Positions 25,783-33,664 of a stretch of 33,664 nt of DNA are shown here, piece after piece. Position 1 is the stretch's first letter. Every line of letters starts with the position of its first letter. The DNA comes from Paracoccaceae bacterium (GTDB lineage: Bacteria; Pseudomonadota; Alphaproteobacteria; Rhodobacterales; Rhodobacteraceae), in NCBI GenBank assembly GCA_003250135.1, contig QKHF01000302.1, forward strand, positions 1 to 33,664. Direction: 5' to 3'. Under the pieces are notes generated by a model that had not been told where the DNA came from, did not search any database, and saw only the letters and a program-made list of their open reading frames with translations. The translations under genes were made by a program, and so were the position numbers.

Positions 25783-26091
25783 ATGCCTCCAGCAGCCCGA
25801 TTGACGGACATGCACGCATGCCCGATGCAGACCCCGACCCCGGCCGGGCCGGTGCCGCATGTGGGCATGCCGATCATTCCGCCAGACGCGCCGACGGTGA
25901 TGATCTGCATGATCCCCGCGGCGCGGGTCAGCGACATGGGCGTCTGCACGGCGCCGGTGCCGAACGATCCGATCGTCAAGGGCAGCACCAGCGTTTTCAT
26001 CTGCAAGATGCCGGCGGCCCGCATCGGGGATTCCACGGCCCATGGCGGAACGGTCACCGCGGGCGCGCCCACGGTCAACATCGGCGGCTGA
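25783..26091 (+). CDS. PAAR-domain protein (spike-sharpening cone, no extension)
   Basis: Three PAAR motifs: PPAARLTD, IPAARVSD and MPAARIGD. 102 aa. Confidence 0.92.
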   Translation: MPPAARLTDMHACPMQTPTPAGPVPHVGMPIIPPDAPTVMICMIPAARVSDMGVCTAPVPNDPIVKGSTSVFICKMPAARIGDSTAHGGTVTAGAPTVNIGG

Positions 26092-26109
26092 CGGGAAAGT
26101 GGCGAGCGT

Positions 26110-27789
26110 ATGAGTCTGTCTCTTGTGATCCAGGGTTCCGGCGCCGCGCCGCAGGGCGTGCCGGAGCGCGCCCAGTTGAGCGGCGGCACGCTGACGCTCG
26201 GCCGCGGCGCGGAGAACGACCTCGTACTGCCCGACCCGGAGCGCCGCCTGTCGAAGCGCCATTGCGTGATCGAGGAACGGAACGGCGTCTACGTGCTGGT
26301 CGACATCTCGACCAACGGCACATTCCTGAATTTCGGCGGAGAGGCCGTCGCAGGGGAAAGTCCGCCGCTGGGCGACGGCGACATCATCACCTTGGGACCC
26401 TACGAGTTCCGTGTGGAGATCGCCGATACCGGCGCGCCCGTCAGAAGTTCCGACCCGTTCGGGGACCTGCCGCCGCCGCTGGAGGACGCGCCGATGTCGC
26501 CCGGCCCCCGGGGCGGCGAGGACTTCGTCGGCCGACTGGACGATCCCGGCGCCTCGCTGAACGAGGGGAGCGAAGACATTCTCGCCCCGTTCGGCGACGC
26601 TCCGAAGGGGAATCTTGCGGGGGCCGACCCGTTCGCCTCGCCCGATGCGGACAGCGTGCTGCCCGACGACGATTCCTTCCTGCGCGATCTGGGCGCGCTG
26701 GGGCCTGCGCCGGACGATGGCCACTCGGGCGCCTCGATCGGCGACCACGGCCGGGCCGAGACGGACGTGTTCGAAACCGCGGCGACCAACCGCGTCACCA
26801 TCCCCGACGACTGGGATCTCGACGCGCCCGACGATGCGGGAGGCGGCGATCCGTTCGCTCCGCCCCCGCAGCAACCCGCGCCGCCACAGCCGACGCAGGC
26901 CCCCGCTGCGCCGCCTCCTTCCTCGCCGCCCTCGACCGATCCGTTCGCCGAGGAGGAGGACGATCTTCTGGCCCCTGCGCCGGAACCGTCTCAGCCCGCG
27001 CCGCCGCCGCAATCGCCGGCCTCACCTCCACCCGAAGCGCCGGGCGCCGATCCGTTCGCGGAAGAGGACGACCTGGAGCCGCTTGCGCCGGCCGAAGCCG
27101 CGCCGCCGCCGCAGCCTGAGCCCCAGCCGGCGCCGCCGCCTCAACCCGCCGCGCCGCCACCCCAGGCCGCAGCGCCCGCAGCGCCTGTCTCGGGCGACGC
27201 GGCGCGCGCGTTTATCGAAGCCGCGGGGTTGGGCCCGGACGCCATTCGCGACGAGGAGCTGGAGGAGGTCATGCGCCGCTCCGGCGCCGCGTTCCGGGCG
27301 ATGGTCGAGGGGCTGCGCGAGGTGCTGATGACCCGCTCGTCGATCAAGGGCGAGTTCCGCATGAACCAGACGATGATCCAGTCCGGCGGCAATAACCCGC
27401 TGAAGTTCTCGATCTCTGGCGAGCACGCGGTCAAGGCGCTGCTGAAGCCGGACGTCACCGGCTATCTGCCGGCGGACGTGGCGGTCAAGCAGGGCCTCGA
27501 CGACGTCAAGGCGCATGAGGTCGCCATGGTGACCGGCATGCAGGCCGCGCTGGAAGCGCTGATCAAGCGGTTCGATCCGGAGCGGCTGGAGAAGCGCATG
27601 GCCAAGTCGGCCAGCGGCATCGGCGCGGTGTTCCGCGGCGGCAAGAAGGCGACCTACTGGGACGCCTTCACCCAACTCTATGAAGACATCGCCACCGAGG
27701 CCGAGGACGATTTCCAGGCCTTGTTCGGCAAAGCTTTCGCCAAAGCCTATGAAGACCAACTCCGGTCGCTTGAAGGAGAGAAAAAATGA
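26110..27789 (+). CDS. tagH: T6SS-associated FHA-domain protein TagH (Fha/ImpI)
   Basis: N-terminal FHA (LGRGAENDLVLPDPERRLSKRHCVIEERNGVYVLVDISTNGTFLN). A long Pro/Asp-rich linker. A conserved TagH C-terminal domain (MTRSSIKGEFRMNQTMIQSGGNNPLKF). Confidence 0.92.
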   Translation: MSLSLVIQGSGAAPQGVPERAQLSGGTLTLGRGAENDLVLPDPERRLSKRHCVIEERNGVYVLVDISTNGTFLNFGGEAVAGESPPLGDGDIITLGPYEFRVEIADTGAPVRSSDPFGDLPPPLEDAPMSPGPRGGEDFVGRLDDPGASLNEGSEDILAPFGDAPKGNLAGADPFASPDADSVLPDDDSFLRDLGALGPAPDDGHSGASIGDHGRAETDVFETAATNRVTIPDDWDLDAPDDAGGGDPFAPPPQQPAPPQPTQAPAAPPPSSPPSTDPFAEEEDDLLAPAPEPSQPAPPPQSPASPPPEAPGADPFAEEDDLEPLAPAEAAPPPQPEPQPAPPPQPAAPPPQAAAPAAPVSGDAARAFIEAAGLGPDAIRDEELEEVMRRSGAAFRAMVEGLREVLMTRSSIKGEFRMNQTMIQSGGNNPLKFSISGEHAVKALLKPDVTGYLPADVAVKQGLDDVKAHEVAMVTGMQAALEALIKRFDPERLEKRMAKSASGIGAVFRGGKKATYWDAFTQLYEDIATEAEDDFQALFGKAFAKAYEDQLRSLEGEKK

Positions 27790-28250
27790 CCATTCTGCGC
27801 AGACGATTCCTCGGCCTCACCGGCGCGGCCGTCGCCGCCGCGGCGCTTTCGGCCTGCGGCGCTCCGCCGCCGCCGCCGCCGACTGACGTCGCGCTCAGCA
27901 TCGCGGGCGGGTCCGACATGAACAACGCCCGCCCGGCGCAGGTGAAAGTCTATTACCTGACCAGCAAGGCGGCGTTCGATGGCGGCGATTTCTTCGCCCT
28001 GTTCGACACGCCTGAAGCCACTCTGGGGACGGACCTGATGGCCGTGGACGCCTATCTGCTGCAGCCCGGCTCGGCCATCGCCGACGCCAAGAGCTTCAAG
28101 CAGGCGCCCAGCCATGTCGGCGTGATCGTCGCGTTCCAGAGCGTCGACCAGCCGGGCTGGAAGGCGGTCAAGCCGCTGGCGCCGAACACGGTCAATACGG
28201 TTGCCGCGTCCGTTTCGGGCATGCTTGTGAGCCTCGCCGTCAGCCAATAA
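27786..28250 (+). CDS. tssJ: T6SS outer-membrane lipoprotein TssJ
   Basis: ATGA overlap with the tagH stop. Signal peptide with lipobox LSAC. VKVYYLTSKAAFDGGDFFALFD is typical of TssJ/SciN. Confidence 0.9.
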   Translation: MTILRRRFLGLTGAAVAAAALSACGAPPPPPPTDVALSIAGGSDMNNARPAQVKVYYLTSKAAFDGGDFFALFDTPEATLGTDLMAVDAYLLQPGSAIADAKSFKQAPSHVGVIVAFQSVDQPGWKAVKPLAPNTVNTVAASVSGMLVSLAVSQ

Positions 28251-28287
28251 GGCGGCTGGGCCCGACAACGATAAGAGGGGGACGTCC

Positions 28288-29628
28288 GTGTCCTGGGAAA
28301 ACCGCATCGTCTGGAGCGAGGGGCTGTTCCTGCAGCCCCAGCACTTCCAGCAGCAGGACCGCTATCTCGAAGCGCTGGTCCACGGGACCACGGGCGCCGT
28401 CGCGCCCTACCCCTGGGGCTTCACCAAGCTGACCATCGACGAGGAGATGCTGACGCTGGGCAAGTTCGGCGTCTCGGAGTGCGCCGGCGTGATGCCCGAC
28501 GGCACGCCTTTCAGCGCGCCGCATCGTGACGACCCGCCCCCGGCGATCGAGCCGCCGGAGGACGTGAAAAACTGCACCGTCTACCTGACCCTTCCTGTGC
28601 GCCACGCCGGCGCGCGGGAGTTCGAGCTGTCCAACAACGACGAATCCGTGGCGCGGTTCCAGGGGACCGAATTCACGGTTCACGACACCGTCAGCGACGG
28701 CGGGCAGGCGGTGACGCTGGCGGTCGGCCGGCTCCGCATGCGGTTCATGCTGGAGATGGACGAACGCGCCGACATGCTGTGCATTCCCGTGGCCAAGATC
28801 GTCGAGGTGCAGTCGGACAAGCAGATCGTGCTGGACCGCAGCTTCGCGCCCACGTCGATGGACACCCGCGCCGCGCCCGCTCTGCACAAGTTCGTCGGCG
28901 AGATCGAAGGCCTGCTCAGCCACCGGGCCGAGGCGCTGGGCGGACGGCTGTCGGAATCCGGCGCGACCAAGGGCGTCGCCGAGATTCAGGACTTTCTGCT
29001 GCTGATGGTCGTGAACCGGATGCATGCGATGATCCGGCATCTGCGCACGATCCCCAACGCCCATCCGGCGACGATCTACGGCTTCCTGATCTCGCTGGCG
29101 GGCGAACTGGCCACTTTCATGGCGGCCACCAAGCGCCCGCCTGAATTCCCGGTCTACAAGCATGACGACCTGACGGGCACGTTCCAGCCGGTGATGCGCA
29201 CGCTCCGGCAGTACCTGTCGGCGGTGCTGGAGCAGACCGCGATCTCGATCCCGATCGAGCCGCGCAAATACGGTGTTTACGTCGCAGTCATCGCGGACAA
29301 GAGGCTGGTCACCACCGCCAGCTTCGTGCTGGCGGTCAAGGCGGAGACCCCGGTGGAGACGATCCGGCGGCACTTCCCGACGCAGGCCAAGCTGGGTCCG
29401 GTGGAGCAGATCCGCCAGCTGGTGAACTCGGCGCTGCCGGGCATCACGCTCAGGCCGCTTCCCGTGGCGCCGCGACAAATCCCCTATCATGCGGGGGTGG
29501 TGTATTTTGAGATGGACCCGGACAGTCAGTTCTGGCGACAGTTGACCACCTCGGGCGGCCTGGCCGTCCATGTGGCCGGAGACTATCCCGGACTTGAGAT
29601 GGAGCTTTGGGCCATTCGCAAAGCCTGA
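28288..29628 (+). CDS. tssK: T6SS baseplate subunit TssK (ImpJ/VasE)
   Basis: N-terminus VWSEGLFLQPQHFQQQDRYLE is the TssK hallmark. GTG start follows AGAGGGGGA. Confidence 0.95.
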   Translation: MSWENRIVWSEGLFLQPQHFQQQDRYLEALVHGTTGAVAPYPWGFTKLTIDEEMLTLGKFGVSECAGVMPDGTPFSAPHRDDPPPAIEPPEDVKNCTVYLTLPVRHAGAREFELSNNDESVARFQGTEFTVHDTVSDGGQAVTLAVGRLRMRFMLEMDERADMLCIPVAKIVEVQSDKQIVLDRSFAPTSMDTRAAPALHKFVGEIEGLLSHRAEALGGRLSESGATKGVAEIQDFLLLMVVNRMHAMIRHLRTIPNAHPATIYGFLISLAGELATFMAATKRPPEFPVYKHDDLTGTFQPVMRTLRQYLSAVLEQTAISIPIEPRKYGVYVAVIADKRLVTTASFVLAVKAETPVETIRRHFPTQAKLGPVEQIRQLVNSALPGITLRPLPVAPRQIPYHAGVVYFEMDPDSQFWRQLTTSGGLAVHVAGDYPGLEMELWAIRKA

Positions 29629-29674
29629 GCGCGCGAGGCGCGCCGGGCCGCGCAGGAGTTAGGGAGGGCCTGCG

Positions 29675-31039
29675 ATGAACCGCGACGACCCCTTCGCCGA
29701 ATCAGGCGACGACGAACGCACCGTGATCGGCTCCGCCCTGGGCGGCGGCCGGCCGCAGCAACCCGCGCAGCCGCAATCGCAACCCGCGCCGCAACAGGCG
29801 CCGCGGGCGCCGGCCGCTGCGACGGGCGAGGTCGACGCCGTGCCCAGCGCCGGGCTGAACCCTCTGGCCGCCGCCGCCGCGCCGCTTCTGGCGCTGGTCA
29901 GCCGCATCCGCAACCGCGCCCAGCATGGCAACGTGCCCGCGCTGCGCGACCGGGTGATCCAGGAGATCAAGTCCTTCGAGCAGCGCGCCCTGCAGGCCGG
30001 GCAGCCGGCGCAATCGGTGCGGATCGCGCGCTACGCCCTCTGCGCCACCATCGACGACGTGGTGCTGAACACGCCATGGGGCGGGCAGAGCGTCTGGGCC
30101 ACGCAGTCCATGGTCGGCACCTTCCATAAGGAGACCCATGGCGGCGAGCGCTTCTTCGACCTTCTGACCCGGCTGGAGCAGGAGCCCTCCAAGAACCGCG
30201 AACTGCTGGAGGTGCTGTATCTCTGCGCTTCGCTGGGCTTTGAGGGCCGCTACCGCGTCGAAGAGCGCGGTTTCGAACGGCACCTGTCGGTCCGGGACGC
30301 GCTGGCGCGGTTGATCCGCGCCCATCGCGGCCCGCTGGAGCGCGATCTGGCGCCGCACTGGAAGGGGCTGGAGGCGCTGCACAAGCCCTTGTCGGCGGTG
30401 CTGCCGGTCTGGATCATCGCCGTCGTCACCGCCAGCATCCTGGCGCTGGCCTACGCCGGTCTGGCCTGGGCGCTGTCGACGGACACGGAGCGCCTGCAGG
30501 GCCAACTGGCCGCGCTGGGCGCCGACGCCGCCGTTCAGCTGGAGCGGGTCGCTCCGCCGCCGCCCCCGCCGCCGCCCCCGCCGCCCAACGTGGTCACGCA
30601 GGTGCAGCGGGTCGCCACTTTCCTGAAGCCGGAGGTCGCGGAGAAGAAGGTCACGGTGTTCGAGGACACTTCCACCGTCACCGTCCGCCTGCGCGGCGAG
30701 GGGATGTTCGGCTCGGGCTCGGACCGGGTTAAGGACGAGTTCCTGCCGCTGATCATCCAAGTCGCCAAGTCTCTGAACACGGAGCCGGGCTCGATCATCG
30801 TCGCGGGGCATTCGGACAACGTGCCGATCCGCTCGGCGCGGTTCCCGTCGAACATGGCGCTCTCGCTGGCGCGGGCTCAGGCGGTGACCGACCTGATCAA
30901 GCGGCAGCTTGAGGACCCGCGGCGCATCCGGGCCGAGGGGCGCGCGGACCGAGAGCCGATCGCCTCGAACGCCACCGCCGAGGGGCGGTCGCGCAACCGG
31001 CGCATCGAAGTCATCCTGGTGAAATCCGGCCGCAACTAA
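29675..31039 (+). CDS. tssL: T6SS membrane-complex subunit TssL (DotU family), long form with OmpA-like peptidoglycan-binding domain
   Basis: DotU core (ELLEVLYLCASLGFEGRYRV), one TM (VWIIAVVTASILALAYAGLAWAL), an 11-Pro spacer, then an OmpA/MotB C-terminus (GHSDNVPI ... NMALSLARAQAV ... RNRRIEVIL). Confidence 0.93.
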   Translation: MNRDDPFAESGDDERTVIGSALGGGRPQQPAQPQSQPAPQQAPRAPAAATGEVDAVPSAGLNPLAAAAAPLLALVSRIRNRAQHGNVPALRDRVIQEIKSFEQRALQAGQPAQSVRIARYALCATIDDVVLNTPWGGQSVWATQSMVGTFHKETHGGERFFDLLTRLEQEPSKNRELLEVLYLCASLGFEGRYRVEERGFERHLSVRDALARLIRAHRGPLERDLAPHWKGLEALHKPLSAVLPVWIIAVVTASILALAYAGLAWALSTDTERLQGQLAALGADAAVQLERVAPPPPPPPPPPPNVVTQVQRVATFLKPEVAEKKVTVFEDTSTVTVRLRGEGMFGSGSDRVKDEFLPLIIQVAKSLNTEPGSIIVAGHSDNVPIRSARFPSNMALSLARAQAVTDLIKRQLEDPRRIRAEGRADREPIASNATAEGRSRNRRIEVILVKSGRN

Positions 31040-31102
31040 GCGCCCCCGGGACGCGGCCGCGCCGCGCTCCGCTGAAGCACAGGTTAAAGACGGACCCGCG
31101 AC

Positions 31103-33664
31103 ATGATGATCAAGTTCTTAATATTCCTGCGCAGCATCTACTTCCTGCTTCCGCTTTGCGCAGCGGCCGTCTCTTCGATGATCTGGTTCTATGGCCCATT
31201 GCTGGGCTGGGGCGACTTCTATCCGCTCGAATCCGAGACCGCGCGCTTCATCGCCATCGGCGTCCTGTGGTTCCTGACCATCCTGATCCTGGTTCTGGTC
31301 TTCTGGCTGCGCCGCCGGAGAGACAAGAAGATGACCACCGACATCGTCGAGGAGGCCGAAAAAGCTGCGGCAGAGTCAGTCGATCCCGCCGACCAGCTTG
31401 CGCTGGAGGAGACCAAGGAGCTGGCCGGCCGCATGGCCGAGGCGATGACGCTGCTGAAGAAGTCGAAGATCGGCGGCGGCGGGCGCAAATACCTCTACCA
31501 GCTGCCCTGGTACATCATCATCGGCCCGCCGGGCGCGGGTAAGACCACCGCCATCGTCAAGTCGGGCCTGAAGTTCCCGCTGGCCGAGCAGATGGGCATG
31601 AACGCCATCGGCGGCGTCGGCGGCACCCGCAACTGCGACTGGTGGTTCACCAATGACGCGGTGCTGATCGACACCGCCGGGCGCTACACCACGCAGGAGA
31701 GCGACGCGACGGTCGATTCCGGGGCCTGGCTCGGCTTCCTGCGCATGCTCAAGCGAAACCGCAAGCGTCAGCCGATCAACGGCGCGGTCGTCGCCATCAG
31801 CCTCTCGGACATCTCGACCCAGGACGAGGGCGAGCGCCGCTCCCATGCGCTGGCCATCCGAGCCCGCCTGCGCGAGTTGCGCGAGGAGCTGGGCGTCCGG
31901 TTCCCGGTCTACGTCATGTTCACCAAGGCCGACCTGATCGCCGGCTTCACCGAGTTTTTCGAGGATCTGGGCCGCGAGGACCGCGCGCAGGTCTGGGGCT
32001 TCACTCTGCCGCTCGACAACGGCAAGGGCGAAGGCGGCGCGATGAGCCAATTCGACGCCGAATTCGACGCTCTCGTCGCGCAACTGGATGATCGTTCGCT
32101 GGAGCGGATGCAGGCCGAGACCGACCACGCGCGGCGCAGCCTGATCTTCGGCTTCCCGCAGCAGGTCGCCTCTCTGAAGCGGGTGGCGCACGAATTCCTG
32201 GACGACGTGTTCCAGTCCAACCGGTTCGAGGAGCGCCAGCTGCTGCGCGGCGTCTACTTCGCCTCGGGCACGCAGGAAGGCACGCCGATCGACCGGCTGA
32301 TGATGTCGATGGCCCGCACCTTCGGCCTCGGCCGTCAGGCCATCGGGTCCGGACAGGGGCAGGCGCGCAGCTACTTCCTGAACCGGCTGCTGACGCAGGT
32401 CATGTTCCGCGAGGCGGGGCTGGTGAGCCAGGACGACAAGATCGCCCGGCGCTACAAATGGATTCTGCGCGGCTCCATCGCCGCGGCGGTGCTGATCGCG
32501 GCAGGCGTCGGCGCCGCATGGACGATCAGCTTCCTCAACAACCGAGACCTGATCGCCGACGCGCGCACCGATGTCGGCCGCTATCAGGAGCTGGTGAGCC
32601 AGATTCAGGTAAACCCGGTCAAGGACACCAATATCGCTCAAGTGGTCGAGCCGCTGAACATCCTGCGCGACCTGCCGGAGAACGATCTTTCGGAAGTCGA
32701 GCAGGAGGACGTCTCGACCACTTACGGATTCGGCCTCTACCAGGGCGGCGCGATCGGCACGGAGGCGGCGCAGACCTATCGCGGCGGCCTCAATCAGCTG
32801 CTGCTGCCTCGACTGCTGCTGCGGCTCGAGCAGCAGATGCAGACCAACATCAACAACCCCGAATTCCTCTACGAGGCGCTGAAGGTCTATCTGACCCTCG
32901 GCCTGCAGGCCCCCAGCATCGACGACGATCTGGTCGTCCAGTGGATGGACATCGACTGGAACCTGTTGTTCCCGGGCGAGCGCAACGCGCAGATGCGCAA
33001 GGACCTGAACGGGCATCTGACCGCGATGATCACCCAGCCGATGAAGGAAATCGGCCTCAACGGCCCGCTGGTCCAGCAGGTGCGGGCGATCATCTCCTCG
33101 ACCCCGATCGCCGAACGGACCTATCAGGCGATCATCCAGTCGGCCGAGGCGCGCGAATTGCCCGAATGGCGGGTGGGAGAGGCCGGCGGCCCCGCCACGC
33201 AGCGCGTGCTGATCCGCATCTCGGGCGCGCCCTTCACCGAAGGCGTCAAGGGCATCTACACCTATGACGGCTTCCACGACGTGTTCTTCCCCGCGGTGGG
33301 CGACGTGGCGACCCGCGTGCAGAACGAAAGCTGGATCCTGGGCGAACGCGCGCCGGAGATGACCGAGATCGCGCTGGCCCGCCTCGCCCGCGACGTGCTG
33401 CAGGTCTACTACGCGGACTACATCCGGGCGTGGGAGAGCGTGCTGGGCGATATCGACGTGATCCCGATCGGCTCGATGGCCGAAGCGACAGAGGTCATCA
33501 ACCTGCTCTCCGGCCCGAACTCGCCGCTGGTCAACATCGTCAAGTCTGCCGCCGAGGAGACCCAGCTGACCGAGTCCCGGATCGATCTGAACCTCTCAGA
33601 AGGCGCGGAAGGCGCGCTCGAAATCGGCGCGGATGTGGTCAAGTCGGGCCTGTCGGTTCGCACA
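31103..33664 (+). CDS. tssM: T6SS membrane-complex subunit TssM (IcmF), 3' partial
   Basis: Not in the ORF track because the frame stays open to the window end (854 codons from ATG 31103). My translation gives MMIKFLIFLRSIYFLLPLCAA ..., two N-terminal TM helices, and Walker A YIIIGPPGAGKTTAI followed by WWFTNDAVLIDTAGRY. This is typical of IcmF. Confidence 0.92.
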   Translation, partial: MMIKFLIFLRSIYFLLPLCAAAVSSMIWFYGPLLGWGDFYPLESETARFIAIGVLWFLTILILVLVFWLRRRRDKKMTTDIVEEAEKAAAESVDPADQLALEETKELAGRMAEAMTLLKKSKIGGGGRKYLYQLPWYIIIGPPGAGKTTAIVKSGLKFPLAEQMGMNAIGGVGGTRNCDWWFTNDAVLIDTAGRYTTQESDATVDSGAWLGFLRMLKRNRKRQPINGAVVAISLSDISTQDEGERRSHALAIRARLRELREELGVRFPVYVMFTKADLIAGFTEFFEDLGREDRAQVWGFTLPLDNGKGEGGAMSQFDAEFDALVAQLDDRSLERMQAETDHARRSLIFGFPQQVASLKRVAHEFLDDVFQSNRFEERQLLRGVYFASGTQEGTPIDRLMMSMARTFGLGRQAIGSGQGQARSYFLNRLLTQVMFREAGLVSQDDKIARRYKWILRGSIAAAVLIAAGVGAAWTISFLNNRDLIADARTDVGRYQELVSQIQVNPVKDTNIAQVVEPLNILRDLPENDLSEVEQEDVSTTYGFGLYQGGAIGTEAAQTYRGGLNQLLLPRLLLRLEQQMQTNINNPEFLYEALKVYLTLGLQAPSIDDDLVVQWMDIDWNLLFPGERNAQMRKDLNGHLTAMITQPMKEIGLNGPLVQQVRAIISSTPIAERTYQAIIQSAEARELPEWRVGEAGGPATQRVLIRISGAPFTEGVKGIYTYDGFHDVFFPAVGDVATRVQNESWILGERAPEMTEIALARLARDVLQVYYADYIRAWESVLGDIDVIPIGSMAEATEVINLLSGPNSPLVNIVKSAAEETQLTESRIDLNLSEGAEGALEIGADVVKSGLSVRT

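Noticed and set aside
25818-27328. Alternate-frame plus-strand ORFs (25818-27119, 433 aa; 26615-27328, 237 aa) across PAAR and tagH.
   Set aside because: Their products are Arg/Pro/Gly/Ala-rich nonsense generated by the Pro-rich GC-biased tagH linker. The PAAR and FHA/TagH frames carry the conserved motifs.

Overview
High-GC (about 65% by eye) chromosomal segment, probably alphaproteobacterial. All product calls rest on motif recognition in the supplied ORF translations; no database search was possible. Left 7.7 kb holds ordinary genes: a DUF2182-like membrane protein (5' partial), a MaoC-like hydratase, an AhpD/CMD-family protein, a minus-strand pair of LapG-like transglutaminase-like cysteine protease plus SLT lytic transglycosylase, a roughly 450-bp AT-rich non-coding stretch unusually dense in GANTC sites, tRNA-Met(CAT) with its own promoter, a secreted hypothetical protein, a CHASE2/class III nucleotidyl cyclase and a SapC-family protein. 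From 7795 to the window end there is one co-directional, tightly packed type VI secretion system cluster: tssA-tssB-tssC-hcp-tagJ-tssE-tssF-tssG-clpV-[three non-canonical genes]-vgrG-[unknown 213 aa]-PAAR-tagH(FHA)-tssJ-tssK-tssL-tssM (3' partial). The core order matches the Pseudomonas aeruginosa H1-T6SS. The main anomaly is a 4.2-kb, three-gene insert between clpV and vgrG. It encodes (i) a 411-aa Lys-rich, apparently all-helical orphan, (ii) a BacNaV-type voltage-gated sodium channel with four S4 arginines and a TLESWSM filter, and (iii) a 622-aa single-chain TssB-TssC sheath-like paralog that lacks the TssC C-terminal domain and ends in a 101-aa polyacidic, internally repeated tail. No recognisable toxin/immunity pair, mobile element, CRISPR array or rRNA is visible. 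Many long antisense or alternate-frame ORFs in the track are high-GC artefacts.
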